Of a DNA stretch of 64,000 nucleotides, positions 51,611 through 64,000 are shown piece after piece. Position numbers and translations under genes: made by a program. Below the pieces are notes generated by a model. The model had not been told where the DNA came from. It made no database searches and saw only the letters and a program-made list of their open reading frames with translations. Each line of letters begins with the position of its first letter. The first letter of the stretch is position 1. Origin of the DNA: Magallana gigas (Eukaryota); contig NC_088859.1 of NCBI RefSeq assembly GCF_963853765.1, positions 26,350,001 to 26,414,000 on the forward strand. The letters run 5' to 3'.

Positions 51611-53374
51611 TGCTTATTAAGAGAGGTTACAAATTCTAAGTTGCAGTCTTGAAATTTATGAGAGGGTGTATCTGTGTTATTTCTAGTTCTGAAATAAATT
51701 GTTTTAGTTTTGGAAAGATTAAACTTCAAAGTCACTTGTTGGACCAAGCTTCGAGATTTTAATGAGATTTGAAAGACCTTAATTAAGATTATATTCAATA
51801 TCATTTACATTCATTGGTTGCAGAATGTTAAGACATGTATCTAAAATTATTTTATAAGAAATAACATTGAACCCGACACAAGGCACAATTATGTATATTA
51901 AGAAATCTTGAATTCGTTAATCGTTACTGACTTCGCTTTGATACATATAAAAATATTTAAAAAAAAAAAAAACAGTAGCTATAATATACTGAATAAAATC
52001 AATGATTTTATTCAGTATATTATAGTGACCGTTTTTTTTTTATATGATATGTATCAAAGCAAAGTCAGTAAATCATTAAAAAATTATTTCTTATTATTAA
52101 ATATCAATATAAATTATATGAATCATTATCCAGGCTATAGCGCTTTTTTCAGCTTTGTAGGTAGACCTGATTTGAAAGAGGTGAATCTAATACTGCTTTT
52201 ATGTCTGCTAGTAGTTACTGTTTCATTTTAATCTACGGGGCCCAAATTGTACAGATATCAATATACAGGAATTAATTAAAACTGTGTAGTATCAGTTTAA
52301 AGGTATATATAAAGGAAGGACATATTTGAGTTTTACAGATGCGTGCTGTGTATCATGATGTTTGTAAAAATAAAACCTTTTTACCGAGTGTTGACTTCAA
52401 TGAACGTCACCGTCGTAAGAAATCCTTTATTTGTATATTTTGTAAATTTAAACAAAACAAAACGTTTTCAACACAGCTGCACGTAGAGGAGCAACAACTA
52501 TTGATACAGCCTACTACAATGTACAATCTACATATCAAAATCAGGGTGTTTTTTTCGTTATTTGCTACATGTATAAAGTATAGTATCTCTCTTACTAAAA
52601 TTGTTCTACGACATAATTATTTTGATCTGATTGATTCAATAAATACAATGATGCCTTTATCTATATGGTCCTTGTGAACATATTCATTGATGTTAGACTC
52701 AAATGACCTAAGTTTAGGAGGCGTTGATCTAATGTTTATATTTTGTAGGAGTCAGAAAAAATAGATGAATCGTTGTAACCTGATTGACTTCAAATTTGTA
52801 ATTTGCAGGAAAACTTTAACATAACATAATCAGTTAAATGAAGTAAGACTTTGATCAAGAACAGGATTACATAATATGAATGATATATTTATTCAAATTC
52901 ATCTTATTCATGGTACAAGTTAATTTATGATACAAAAATATAAGCAACATTTGATAATTTTGTAGACAGTTGATATGTTTATATAAATTCCAACACCTGT
53001 CATCAAAACACCGACTACTGTAATTTCGGGAATATCTATTAGGTTGATACTTCCCCCTGAAGCCTGGTCTTCGACCTATATTATGCGTCGACCTATATAG
53101 CGGTTTTTGGGACATATTTGTGGAACCTGTCAAAGATTCACACAATCATTGTGGACTTCTATAACATGTTTGTTACTACAATTTATGTACCACTGTTTTA
53201 TGGATGATAGCACTATTAACAATGCAATAGCTGTGAAACAAAAGTATCAATGAGCAAGATATGTTAAGTAAATGTTACATAAATATCAATTACTTTTCGA
53301 GTACAAAAAAGAACAACATCTAGAAAAAAAAGCACAAAATTAGTACACCATTATTACACAACTCTTTTAACAAG

Positions 53375-56300
53375 TCAATGGAATAACCTCTCCTCTTCCA
53401 TGATCTCGTTACGAATGTCTGTTAGAAGATAACCCAATTTGTTTTTCCCTCGCCAGGTAAGGCGACAGTGAGCTTTCTCGTTTTTGGCCCCCAGTCCAAT
53501 ACCCCACAGTCGATCTCTGGGTGACGCTTCAACCAAGATGCGAGGAAAAGTGTTGATTAACTCCCTCTTCAAGTGTTCATTTTCTGTAAACTGATTGAGA
53601 AAGACAGTCAAGAAAATATGTTATACATGTATGATATACATTTGATATGTAGTGCATATATGCTATTATCATATACCTAAAATATTTCAATCATGAGTTT
53701 GCATTAAGGCACATACAGTTGAACTTCAGTATCTCGAACACCGATACTAGTATCTTGAATACAATGGATATGCCAAAGTGATTTTTAAGTCCCATACACT
53801 TAAACTTTGAGTATTTTACTCTTGATATCTCGAATACTTGGATATCTCGAAGTTTTTAACCAGTCCCATCTAGTTTGAGATAACAAGGTTTGACTGTATA
53901 TGAATATTTGATGCATGTCAACTATGTGACCTCCCTGCTTAGAATGAAATACAGTCAATATTAATTAAACTAATTAGTAACATGGGGAAATCTGTCGATG
54001 TGAGAACAAACTGGGCTTCCTTTTGTGTGAATAGTATCCGTAATCTATTTGTCAACCATAAATTTATATACACACCCCAGGGGCGATCCTGCCTAGAAAT
54101 AATTGTTTCCAATTTCTTTCAAGTATTTTTTCACTTCATAATTATCAAATAATCAAAGTATGATGCTTGTAGTCTCCATAGTGCATATCTGTAAATTAAA
54201 GAGCAAATAACTTCCTATCTTGAAATCTGCAGGAGGAGTTATCTGGACAAATGGTCGTTCATTTGAACACATTCCTCTGTTAAATATTGATACTTATTCA
54301 TTAAAATCATGTCTAAGTATACTGAGTATTAAGCCCATACATATCTGTTATACATCCAGATTCATTGAATCTGGGGCAACATTGTATTATGAATCGGATA
54401 CTTTATGGAGTTGAACATGCATGTACTTATACATAGTTATCTTGTTTGAATTATATAAATTGGATCAGTCTATGTCATAAAATATTGATGGTGGAATATA
54501 TTGCATTTAAAGATCAAACTTCATTTGACTTTATTTGTCAGATCACAGGAACATTTTAATAAGAAAATTTTGACCACCACCTTAGCTTTGAGTCCTCTCT
54601 TCATAATTTTTTCACTTCTTGCACCCCAAATATCAGGATTAAAATTCTGGACTTTCCTCCCAAATTTCTTCATTTGCAGTGGAACTTTTGCCTTCATTAT
54701 CTCTCCAGCATGGAACCGATCCCGAAACAACACTAAGGGAAAAAAGCTCTGTTAAATACAATGTCACATAGTTTAAATGAAAAATTAATAAAATATTCTA
54801 ATGTTCTTGAAACTGGGTTGAATGAATGTATATAGTCTCCATCAGACTGAATGATTAAATGAAGGTTAAGAAGGAAAAAAAGATGTAGAGATGCATGGAG
54901 TTACACAGTGATGGTGCATATACAAACAAATATGTAAAATAAAATATTAAAATCATATTGGTCACTTCCATTTAAAAAGATTCATGGATAGTCCTAAATT
55001 GCAAAAAAATTCTAAAAATTGATTAAATTCACTTTGAGGTTTTAGTATAGTCTTAGTCTACATTATAGTGTCTTTGAGTTTGGAATTTTTATTTTCAATT
55101 TTATTAAGGCTGGAACAATTAATTAATCTATTGACTGTATTCAGTGAAAATATGTTTTAACAAAAAAATTTCTATAGTTATGAATAATTTTCAAGATTTG
55201 ATATTTATTCAGTCGTGGGTTTAAAATTTTGCGCCCTCAGGCCAAGGTATTACTTGAAGAAATTTGTTTTGATGTCGTAAAATGCTAAAGCAGAGTAAAA
55301 TCTTCAAATATACAGATTATCATGTAAGTACGTTTTTATTTTTTAAAAATAATTTGACGTAATAATTGACAAAAATAAACGTCAAGTATTTTTTATTGCA
55401 GCGCCAATAATTAAAATTGAAATAATAATTTGCAAAATAAAAACATCTGCGTGATCATTTCATGTTCTGTGTGAGGGGGAACAAGATATTTTTTTATCTA
55501 TTACAAATAAAATCATATTTGATTCATAAACATCCTTTTATTCTATACAGTTCTATATGTATTTAAAGTTGCTGGAAAGACACATTTATAGCACAAAACT
55601 GTTAGGACAGATAGCATAAAACCTATAAGATCAATTTTGTTTTAATTTGACAAAATGTTTACTGATACGTTAATCTTCCATTGCTGAAAATTAAAAGAAA
55701 ATTGTATTCTTGTAATTTTTTCCTATTTAATGCTATATAAAATGTTGGGGATGATTTGGACAAATGACCAAAATTTGAGCATGGTAAACAGATAAACTAT
55801 CCAGTCAATTTACATTGTGTTTAGCAAATACTTATAGTTTGCCATATAAGTTGACCTTTCACTGGAAAAAAAAAAAAGGAAATCGCATGTTTGAAACATT
55901 TCCCCCCTGAGACTCCTTAAAAACAAGTATTTTTACTTCTCAGAGAGGGCCCCATGTGCACAGGAGGACAAAATAAAAAATCAAACCTGAGACACCAATT
56001 ATAAGTATTTTTCTCAAATGTTACAAATTATTAGACAGTTTTGCATGTAACTGATTTAAAAATATAAACTCCATTTAAAATGCTGTTAACTGTAGTTGCT
56101 AATCTCACCTGCTTTTTGATGCATCATGAACTGTTCGCTGCATGTGTATGTCTCCCCATCCACTGTAAATCGAGCAGGATGGAAATTGCTGAAGGGAGCA
56201 TCTTTACCAAAAAAGAAACAGAAGTGTTCCCTTTTATCCAACCTCTTGTCTTGCTGAAGAAGTTTCAAACTATATTCCTTTCTCCATGACCTTGAGTTGT

Positions 56301-57249
56301 CTGTTTTTTTTGGTATGTCAAAGGAAATAGGTGAAAATCTTGTTTCCTTTTTATCTTTTTTCTTTTGTGGGGTTCCTTTTTGGGACAAATTTGTTGTATC
56401 ATTTTCCATTTTTTGTTTTTGTGGTGTCTTCTTAACTGCTGTACTATTCAAAGTTTCCCGAGATTTCTGAGGACTATTTGAGCTATTGTTCCCATGAGAT
56501 TCGATTACTTTCTCTTTCCCTGGACTTTTACTCTCAGAGCGATATCTGTCTCTTGACCTTTCTCTTCTTTCTCCGGAATGGGTCCCTGATTTTTTATTTG
56601 AATGCTTCCCTGATCTTTCTTTTGATCTTTCCCTTGATCTATTTCTTTGATGTTTCCTTGGTGATCTGTCTTTTGCATCTTCTCTTGATCTGTCTCTTGA
56701 TCTTGATCTTGACTTTCTCTGTGATCTGTCTTTTGAATGTCCCCCTGATTTTTCTTCTGGACTATCCTTTGATTCATTTCTTGGACGTTTCCTTGGTGTG
56801 ACAATTGGATCTTCCATTGGTCGTTTTCTTGGGGTCTCATTTGATCCATCTTTCCTGGTCTTCCGATCAGTTGGGGATTTTCCCTTTTCACTAGAACCTT
56901 TGTTATGCTGCTCCATACCTTCATCATCTGATTCTGAATTTTTTCTAACATTTTTTTTTCTGTAACTTTGACCCCTTTTGGGAGTTGAATCATTTGATTC
57001 CCTGTGCTCACTTTTATCTCCTGAATTTATATCTTTAGGTTTTGAACTTTTCTCTGAACTTTCTTGTGGCTGCTGTTCCTTGTCATTCATATTATCTATT
57101 TTTGATCTGGACTCTGTTACAAATGTTTCATTTATTATTTCTACATTTTGTTCTGGAGACCTCTTGACAGGGGTTGTTTCCCTTAAGTTTTCAGACAGGA
57201 GCGCTGCAGTGTTACTCTGAGCTGATTCAGTTACCATAGTATCTGCCAT
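53375..57249 (-). CDS. NADAR (YbiA-like) domain protein 1 with long charged, RS-rich N-terminus, 3 coding exons, ~502 aa
   Basis: Exons 57249-56109, 54732-54581, 53590-53375 in frame. NADAR motifs PFSNFHPARF..DG.TY.CSEQFMMHQKA, MKKFGRKV, KF, LVEASPRDRLWGIG, WRGKNKLGYLLTDIR. Confidence 0.9.
53716..53896. mobile_element. Tc1/mariner-type MITE
   Basis: TA|CAGTTGAAC...GTTTGACTG|TA with internal gatatctcga repeats. Confidence 0.72.
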
Positions 57250-57718
57250 TTGTACTATTATTTCTAATAATCAAAATTCTGAAAAATTAAATTGCAAGAG
57301 TTTACTTGTTATGTTAAATTTGGCTGATAAAAACGTTTTTTAACTTATGGGGCCTGAAATATTCACTTATACTAATGATTTCATATCCAAACAGTTTTTT
57401 GTGAGCTAGATATACGGTATTACCTGGTAATAATATTATACATATTTGTCATTCTTTTAATTAATTTTGAATCAATCTACATGTATATTCACAGAATCAA
57501 GACCACTATTAACATATATCTGCATATGTTTGTGTGCAACAAAACTGTGGGAGGTCAAAAAGCCAGATAAATGATTTCAAAGAGCCATATTTGGCTGACT
57601 AGTCAGCAATGTAATAGAGAGGCCTTCTTCACATTGCTTTTTGACACAACTACCCAAAGGCCAAGCTCCTGTTAAACTAGTTCTATATTGAGATTGTCAC
57701 ACTGGTTCAATTACTAGA

Positions 57719-57816
57719 CCCATAGCCCAGTTGGTACCTGACTAGAGATTCAGGGGCACTGGGTTAAAATCCTGATCTGGTTCGTCATTATTCCTCCCTT
57801 ACCGTTACATTTGGTG
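57719..57816 (+). mobile_element. tRNA-derived SINE-like fragment; second partial copy at ~57974-58025
   Basis: ccatagcccagttgg (A box)...gggttaaaatcc (degenerate B box). The block cctgactagagatt is shared by both copies. Confidence 0.6.
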
Positions 57817-58248
57817 ATGTGCCACCTTCCCTGAACTGAAAAGTTCATTAACTCCATGCAGCCAGGGGCCAGGGGAAAGAACATGGGATATTAATCTTTG
57901 AAGGTGGAGATTAGTTGGGTGGTTGGGGAGTTGGGGCAGGGGTGTGATGGTCATTAATTGATAATCATTGCTGGCACCAGAAGCTAGGTTGGTAGAGCAC
58001 CTGACTAGAGATTTAGAGGGGACCAAATGATTTGAGCATTGTGCATATACATATAATTTATTTATGGAGTTTTATATATATTTACATTTTCCAGTGTCTT
58101 CGCCTGTGATAACACTACGTATCGATTTTGTACTCTATAACCCATAATACAAATGACGCCAAATCGAGGCGCCAGCGGGGTTTGCTTATCTATCATTTAA
58201 ATATATAATGGTACGATGGCTTAAAATTATATACTGGTAAATATAAGT

Positions 58249-58397
58249 AATAAGGAATCATTCTTTGAATATTATGAGATGATAATTTCGGTCGGGGTGT
58301 GATCAAATCTATCATAAAGCCCTTTGGGCTTTATTGGATTTGATCACGCCCCGACCAAAATTATCACCTCATAATACTAAAAGAATGATTCCTTATT
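58249..58397. repeat. ~149-bp palindromic MITE-like hairpin
   Basis: aataaggaatcattctttg...gtcggggtgtgatcaaatc...aaagccc / gggcttt...gatttgatcacgccccgac...aagaatgattccttatt. Confidence 0.8.
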
Positions 58398-59707
58398 CCT
58401 TATATAATTTATCATAACTGTTACAGTTACTTGATTCAAAGGGTAAATGGATCACGTCGAGCTGCCAGGCCTGGATCATCAGATCAACACGATGCAATAA
58501 GCATTAGTTGGATCTGATGAGCCATGCCTGGTAACGAGACAAGATCCGGCTCTTTGGTTCAAGTTACTGTTACAATGATAAATTTATTATATATCCTTGT
58601 CCATTTTAAAGTTTTAATGGGATATATTGTATGACATTTACTTATACAACTATGCTTTTTTGAAATGAACTCTTTTAAAACGCGCTAACTATACAGATGT
58701 TAATTAATGTGTACTCCGTCAACAGTTTCAGAGATTGGTAATATGGAATCGGAAAAGCACAAAATGGAATCCGGAAAATCAGATAACACTCTGTAAAATT
58801 GACGGCATCAATTAATGGGTGTATACCTTAATAAAGTACACCAATTTAAGAATGCATACATGTCCCTGATACCACATGCAAGAAAAAAACCCAAGAGCAA
58901 CATCATTTGCAGTATATTAGATACAATCTAATTGACAAGACCGTTTCTCAAATATTTCATAGATTTAACATGTAGATTTAACATACCGGCAAAAAATAAT
59001 TATTTACAATCCGACATTGACAGATCCAACAAATAAAATCAATATTGCGAAGCTGCTGTGAAGTATTCACCATTAATAAGTATATATTCTTATTATACAA
59101 TTAAACTGTCAAATTATACCTATTCTTTCTGGAGAATTGACAGAAAAATAATCCATACAACCATTGGTGTTAAACAGGCGCAGATCCATTAAATCAATAT
59201 ATTGCGAATCTGTTGTGAAATAGTCACGGTTCTATATATAGAATTTATGACGATACAAGATATTCATATTTTACATATTTAAGGTTATATTGTACCTATT
59301 TTTCAGGAGAATTTTCTTTAAGCTGACCAAAATTCTGTGCAAAGTGTGCGCTCTGTGACGTCGTAGCAGGTGGTTTCCACGAGAACAAAACGAAAGTAAA
59401 CAGGAAAATCAAGCAAGTTCAACAAGAACCCAACTCGGTAAGTTTTGTTAATCGTTTAACCCTAGAATATTAAATTTAACAGACAGGTAACCGAATATAA
59501 ATAATTAGAGCTTGATCAAAGGCTTGGGAAGCCACAAGAAGGAAGAAAGAATTTGTTTACAGTGAGTAACAAAGCGATAATACTTTCGCTTTCGATTTTA
59601 CTCCCGCATACACAATATGCGATAATCAAAACTTACCTAATCAACTTACTCCTCAGCTTCCAGCATTTTTATCACTACATGTACGTATGCATGTTTATGT
59701 TGTAGAA

Positions 59708-62316
59708 ATGGATGAACAAGATCATGAATCAAGTACTTCTCAAGACTTGTTGAAAGACTTGGAACAATTGAAAATGGATAATGATATTAACAAATTCGAT
59801 GAACTAACGGTTTTAAAGGCGCCTACAGCTAAACATACCAGTAACAGCATTGATGATAATGAAATGGAAGAATCAGAAGGAGTGGGATATATTAAAGATC
59901 AGCCAAAGAAGCCTCATACAGAAGGAAGTGACCTTTATTTGCCAGAGGGAAACAGCAATAAAAACCTACTACAGGAAGATAATGTTCACGTCGACCCCAA
60001 AAATTTCAGTGAAACTAAACTGGAGGAAAATGAAGTATATAATCCGAAAAAAGCTGAAGAACAGGAAAAAGACAATGTACATAATAAAGAGGGAGACATT
60101 CTTCAAGAGCTTAATATGGAAGACGGTGAACATAGGGATGTACACGAAGAAAATAAAGGAGCATCAGGGATAAGTGAAGAAAATTGGCACGTCCCACCAT
60201 CTTACAGTGACGTCAGACAGGACTCTGAAGCAGTGTTGCAACAAAAATTAGAAGAGATAGAGGGAAAAGAAGATGAGAAAGTTGAGAAGGACAAGAGATT
60301 AATGGACGATAAAGTTCAATGGAGATCTCAGAGCAGAGAAAATAATAAGAAACCAGAAAATGTGGGGCATGGGAAACCCAGATCAGGTAGACAAAGACCA
60401 GGACTCGATAGGCCGTATGGTGGACATGAAAGGCAGTCCCATGATAGGAAAGACAGAGAAAGGAGACAACATGCACAAAATCATTGGGTAGAATATAAGC
60501 CTGATCAGGAAAGGTACAGTGCAGCACAACATTCAAGAGAGAAGCCAAAGGGGGATAGAAAACATAAAAATGAAGGAAAGAAATTTTGGGACAGTGGTTT
60601 ACCTGATGAGAGAGACAAATATGAATACTTTTGGGGGAATAGGTCTGTCTTCAGTCAGTGGTATCCATGTAAGTTTGAGATTGATGGAAAATCCTACAAT
60701 TGTGCAGAACAGTACATGATGCATCAGAAAGCAGGTATGAGTTTTCTTAATGCCTCTATTTGTATATTAAGTATTAATTCTTATATGAATTCTCTATTTT
60801 TATATACAGCCAAACTCGTTTAACAAATACAACACTAAAATTTTGTAATGGCCCTTGGGGCGGCAGCAGATGTGAAAAAAAAGCTCTTAAAAGTTATGGC
60901 TATTAATTGTAAATGTCATATTGATTTTAGAATATGTCTCATATTCAAACATAAAGACAGTGGTATTAAAAAACCGAGTTTAAACACTTCTCTTAGATAT
61001 GAGGTTTAGTTGTTAAATTTAATGATAAAATCTATGAAAAGCTCTATGTATGGTTTCATAAAATTTGATCATACGTATGACTAACCAACTTCATATCACA
61101 ATGAAGTTTTTATAAACTTATAAAACCGGTACGGCGTACCGGTATGTATTTCTTTTATAATAAAGAATACAACTAGAGGAATGTTTGTCATCATATCACT
61201 TTCAAAATTATGTGAATAACTGATATTTGGAATTTTTTAAAATCTATTTTGCAGTATTAATGGATGATATGGAGAGGGCAGAAATAATCATGGCACTAGA
61301 TGACCCGCGTGAGATGAAGAAACAAGGACGATATGTTGAGAACTTTGATAAAAAAAAATGGGATAAACATTGTCAGGATGTTGTTGAAAAAGGAAACATA
61401 GGAAAGGTATCTAACACAAAATACTCTTACCTTTATTTGAAAAATTAGGAATTAACATAATCAGTAAAGAACTCTCATATTTGTGTTTAGTAGTTTTTTT
61501 TATCAATTCAATGCTTACATTAAAATGGACTGTATAGTTCAGGCATGTAGCATCGGGGGGGGGGGGGGGGGGCAGAGGAGAGGGGGCCTGCCCCCCCCCC
61601 CCCCCCCCCCCACTTTTTCTCGCAGCTACAAATTTTTTAAAATTTACATATAAAAAATTGAATTATCATGGAGTTGCCCCCCCCCCCCCCCCCCCCCCCA
61701 CTTTTTTGTTTTTGGGAGCATGTAAAAAAATTAATATGAAAGTAAGGAAATTAGGATTAAAGTTATATACTACGCACATTGTTGTTAGTAATAACTATGT
61801 ATTTGGTCTTTATTAAACAAGTTGTTAATTTCCTTTCGTTAAGCTTTATTGAGGGGATAGAAAACACATGATTGGGATTAAAATCCTAGCTATACCATTG
61901 CAAATTTTAATGAAGCCTTGTGCAATAATTCCCATTGTATAATTTCTTTTTATTGATGGACATATATTGTCTTTTTTTTTTCAAAGTTTTCGCAAAATGA
62001 AGAGTTGAAGGAATGGTTGCTCAGAACATTTCCTAGAACACTGGTAGAAGCTAGCCCAATGGACAGAATCTGGGGTATAGGATTAGCCAAAGAGGACCAC
62101 AGGGCCTGGAATAAACAGACGTGGAGGGGTCAAAATCTACTTGGACAGATTTTAACCAGAGTGAGGGACAATTTAATGGAAGGGAAAAATCAAGAAATGG
62201 GTAGAAAGGAGGGAAAAGGCCCAGTCAAAGGAACACTGAATAAAGGGGAGCAAGAAGTGGGTAGACAAGGAGGAAAAGGTCCAGGCAAAGAAAGAACTAA
62301 TAAGGAAAGATGGTAA
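59708..62316 (+). CDS. NADAR (YbiA-like) domain protein 2 with long acidic/charged N-terminus, 3 coding exons, ~502 aa
   Basis: Exons 59708-60734, 61255-61406, 61987-62316 in frame; probable 5'UTR exon donor near 59438. Motifs VFSQWYPCKFEIDGKSYNCAEQYMMHQKA, MKKQGRYV, KF, LVEASPMDRIWGIG, WRGQNLLGQILTRVR. Confidence 0.9.
61542..61760. repeat. Repeat with long G and C homopolymer tracts in NADAR2 intron 2
   Basis: caggcatgtagcatc + poly-G ... gcctg + poly-C + actttt, then gttg + poly-C + actttt. Confidence 0.6.
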
Positions 62317-63483
62317 AATGGGGAAAGGAGTTCCAGTCAAAGAAACCATGAATAAAGGGGAGCAAAAAGGAGGAAGAATGGGGAAAAAAGGTCCAGTCAA
62401 AGGGAGATATTCAGAGAATAACAAATCGACCCCTGTCTGATGTAAAAGTATCATGATAGATATGTAGTAAAAGACATAAACGGGGTATTTGATTGATCGA
62501 TTTCTGGGCTACAAAGGGAAGTTACATGTACTAGCATTTGGTTTCTCAAGGCATGTCCAGGATCTATCATTTGAATGAGGCTTAGGGAATTGTCTTTGTG
62601 GTTATCCCTAAAATTTGGTGATACATGTATGTTAACTACATGAGTGTACAAAAAGTGTCCATTCTTTTCATGCCTGCGTTCTAAAGGTCTATCATGAAAA
62701 GTTTTTGTAGGACTTAAAAGACGTTTTTAAATAATTAGATATCTTGGTTTCTTTTTCATAAACCAAGAAATTTGTGATTGTTCAAGAATTGTCCTCAATC
62801 TTTTTGTATAAATTGGCTTTGTTGTGAAGCTAAACTGGTGCTGAAAATGATATCCATATATATTTGTCTGTGTTGAGCAATCATGCATATCTATTGTTCC
62901 TTATTATGAAGTTATCAGTTTCGATTGTCATGTCTTAAACTATGATTAATTTATAATAATATATCATTCCATGCTTTTATTATTAGGAAAACCTAATTTC
63001 AAAAAGTATTAACTCAAAAATTTATTCTGTAGATACATATGATTTGTCAAAAAAAATATGCTAAGAACACAATAAAAAGATATTTTTTTTATTAGTTACT
63101 AGTTCTGCAATTCTTTTTTTCCCATTTTTTTTAAATTTGAAAAGGTGTGGTTTTAAAACATTACCTTGACCAATTTTTTGTACTTATTGAAGAAAACTAT
63201 ACTTTTTAAAAATTCTTTTTCATGTACATATTTCATAATATTTATGTACTTATTCATGATACAAATGATAAAGAAATTCACAGTAAAACATTTTTCTCTT
63301 TTGTTGCTAAATACACAATTATAAAAAGGTTGAAAAAGAATTTAAATGTTATATACATATAGCTGGCAACTGAAAACTACGAAAGCACAACATCATTAAT
63401 GAAAAAGTAAAAATATTTAATCCATAAATACAAGATAATTAGTTTAAAAAAAAACCACCTCCTTATAACAAGTATCACTTTAA

Positions 63484-64000
63484 AGGGGCATGGTAACGAT
63501 TTTGGTCTTTTATTTTAATATTTTTATTGTATACAATGCTTTAGAAATGCTCTGACATTCAAATTTTGGTTGATCAACCAAAATTTGAATGTCAGTCTTA
63601 GAGATAAAAGCACGATACAGAGCTCACAATCTTCTGTAATGTAAACAAGGCTCGTGCCCTGTTTTTATATACAAAGTTCCTTTTCAATCAGATTTATCTC
63701 TCTTCTAATTCGTATTAAGCATAAATAAACAGTTTCCAACGTTTATCACATTCATTTTAGGTCTAAAACTAAAATTTCACTTTAACATTCAAAACGTAAA
63801 CAAAACCACCACGTAAGCTTTGTTTACATAACAAGGAATTGTGAGCTCTGTATCTCGTTTATAACACGACGGTTGACACTCAAATTCTAGTTAATTATTA
63901 GAAATGCCTTTCTAAGTAATTGATCCTTTTTGCTTAAATTCATCATCATTTTACCAAAAAGAAGTAACAAAGCGATAACGTTCTCAAATTTTAATATTTC
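63484..64000. mobile_element. Left part of a TTAA-type non-autonomous DNA transposon, right end beyond window
   Basis: TTAA|aggggcatggtaacgattttgg; internal inverted pair gatacagagctcacaat...tgtaaacaa (~63614-63648) / ttgtttaca...attgtgagctctgtatc (~63819-63854). Confidence 0.55.

Noticed and set aside
56478-57220. Extra genes from overlapping ORFs (56505-57011, 56478-56801, 56978-57220; similarly 59850-60173, 14052-14297)
   Set aside because: Shadow frames of purine-rich low-complexity exons, with no recognisable domains or splice support.
57719-57816. Functional tRNA gene (also 13640-13702, 48925-48992, 20239-20328)
   Set aside because: A/B boxes are degenerate or in the wrong order, and no complete cloverleaf with acceptor and anticodon arms can be drawn.
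58500-58550. Hammerhead ribozyme (CTGATGA at 58514-58520)
   Set aside because: The downstream core reads GAGAC rather than GAAAC, stem II is irregular and no stem III/NUH site is found. The CTGATGA is one arm of an inverted repeat.
53375-62316. Both NADAR models total exactly 1509 nt
   Set aside because: First and last exon lengths differ (1141/216 versus 1027/330) and the N-termini do not align. The equality depends on start-codon choice and is treated as coincidence.

Overview
AT-rich, intron-rich eukaryotic genomic DNA. The repeat types and gene content look molluscan, probably an oyster (inference). Six spliced host genes can be rebuilt by eye with consistent GT-AG phases: TMEM104 (+, 691-9650); a TEX33-like gene (-, 12231-15864) with two duplicated alternative last exons; mitochondrial thioredoxin TXN2 (+, 25644-26957); a 21-exon kinesin-13 KIF2 (-, 30918-47840); and two head-to-head NADAR/YbiA-domain paralogues (-, 53375-57249; +, 59708-62316). 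Two apparently complete autonomous DNA transposons are present. One is an 8.6-kb AcademH element (16675-25306; TIRs, 9-bp TSD, intact transposase and RecQ-like helicase) between the 5' ends of TEX33-like and TXN2. The other is a 5.8-kb Kolobok element (41687-47514; TIRs, TTAA TSD, intact DDE transposase and KolX) in KIF2 intron 1. The window also has a 1.87-kb foldback element with ~725-bp arms, many MITEs, SINE-like pieces, a 5'-truncated L1/Tx1 LINE and microsatellites. The least explained signal is a ~90-nt motif with a tRNA T-loop and a variable but still pairing closing stem, found once in an intron of each AcademH gene and sense to each. All coordinates and alignments were read manually; no searches were run.
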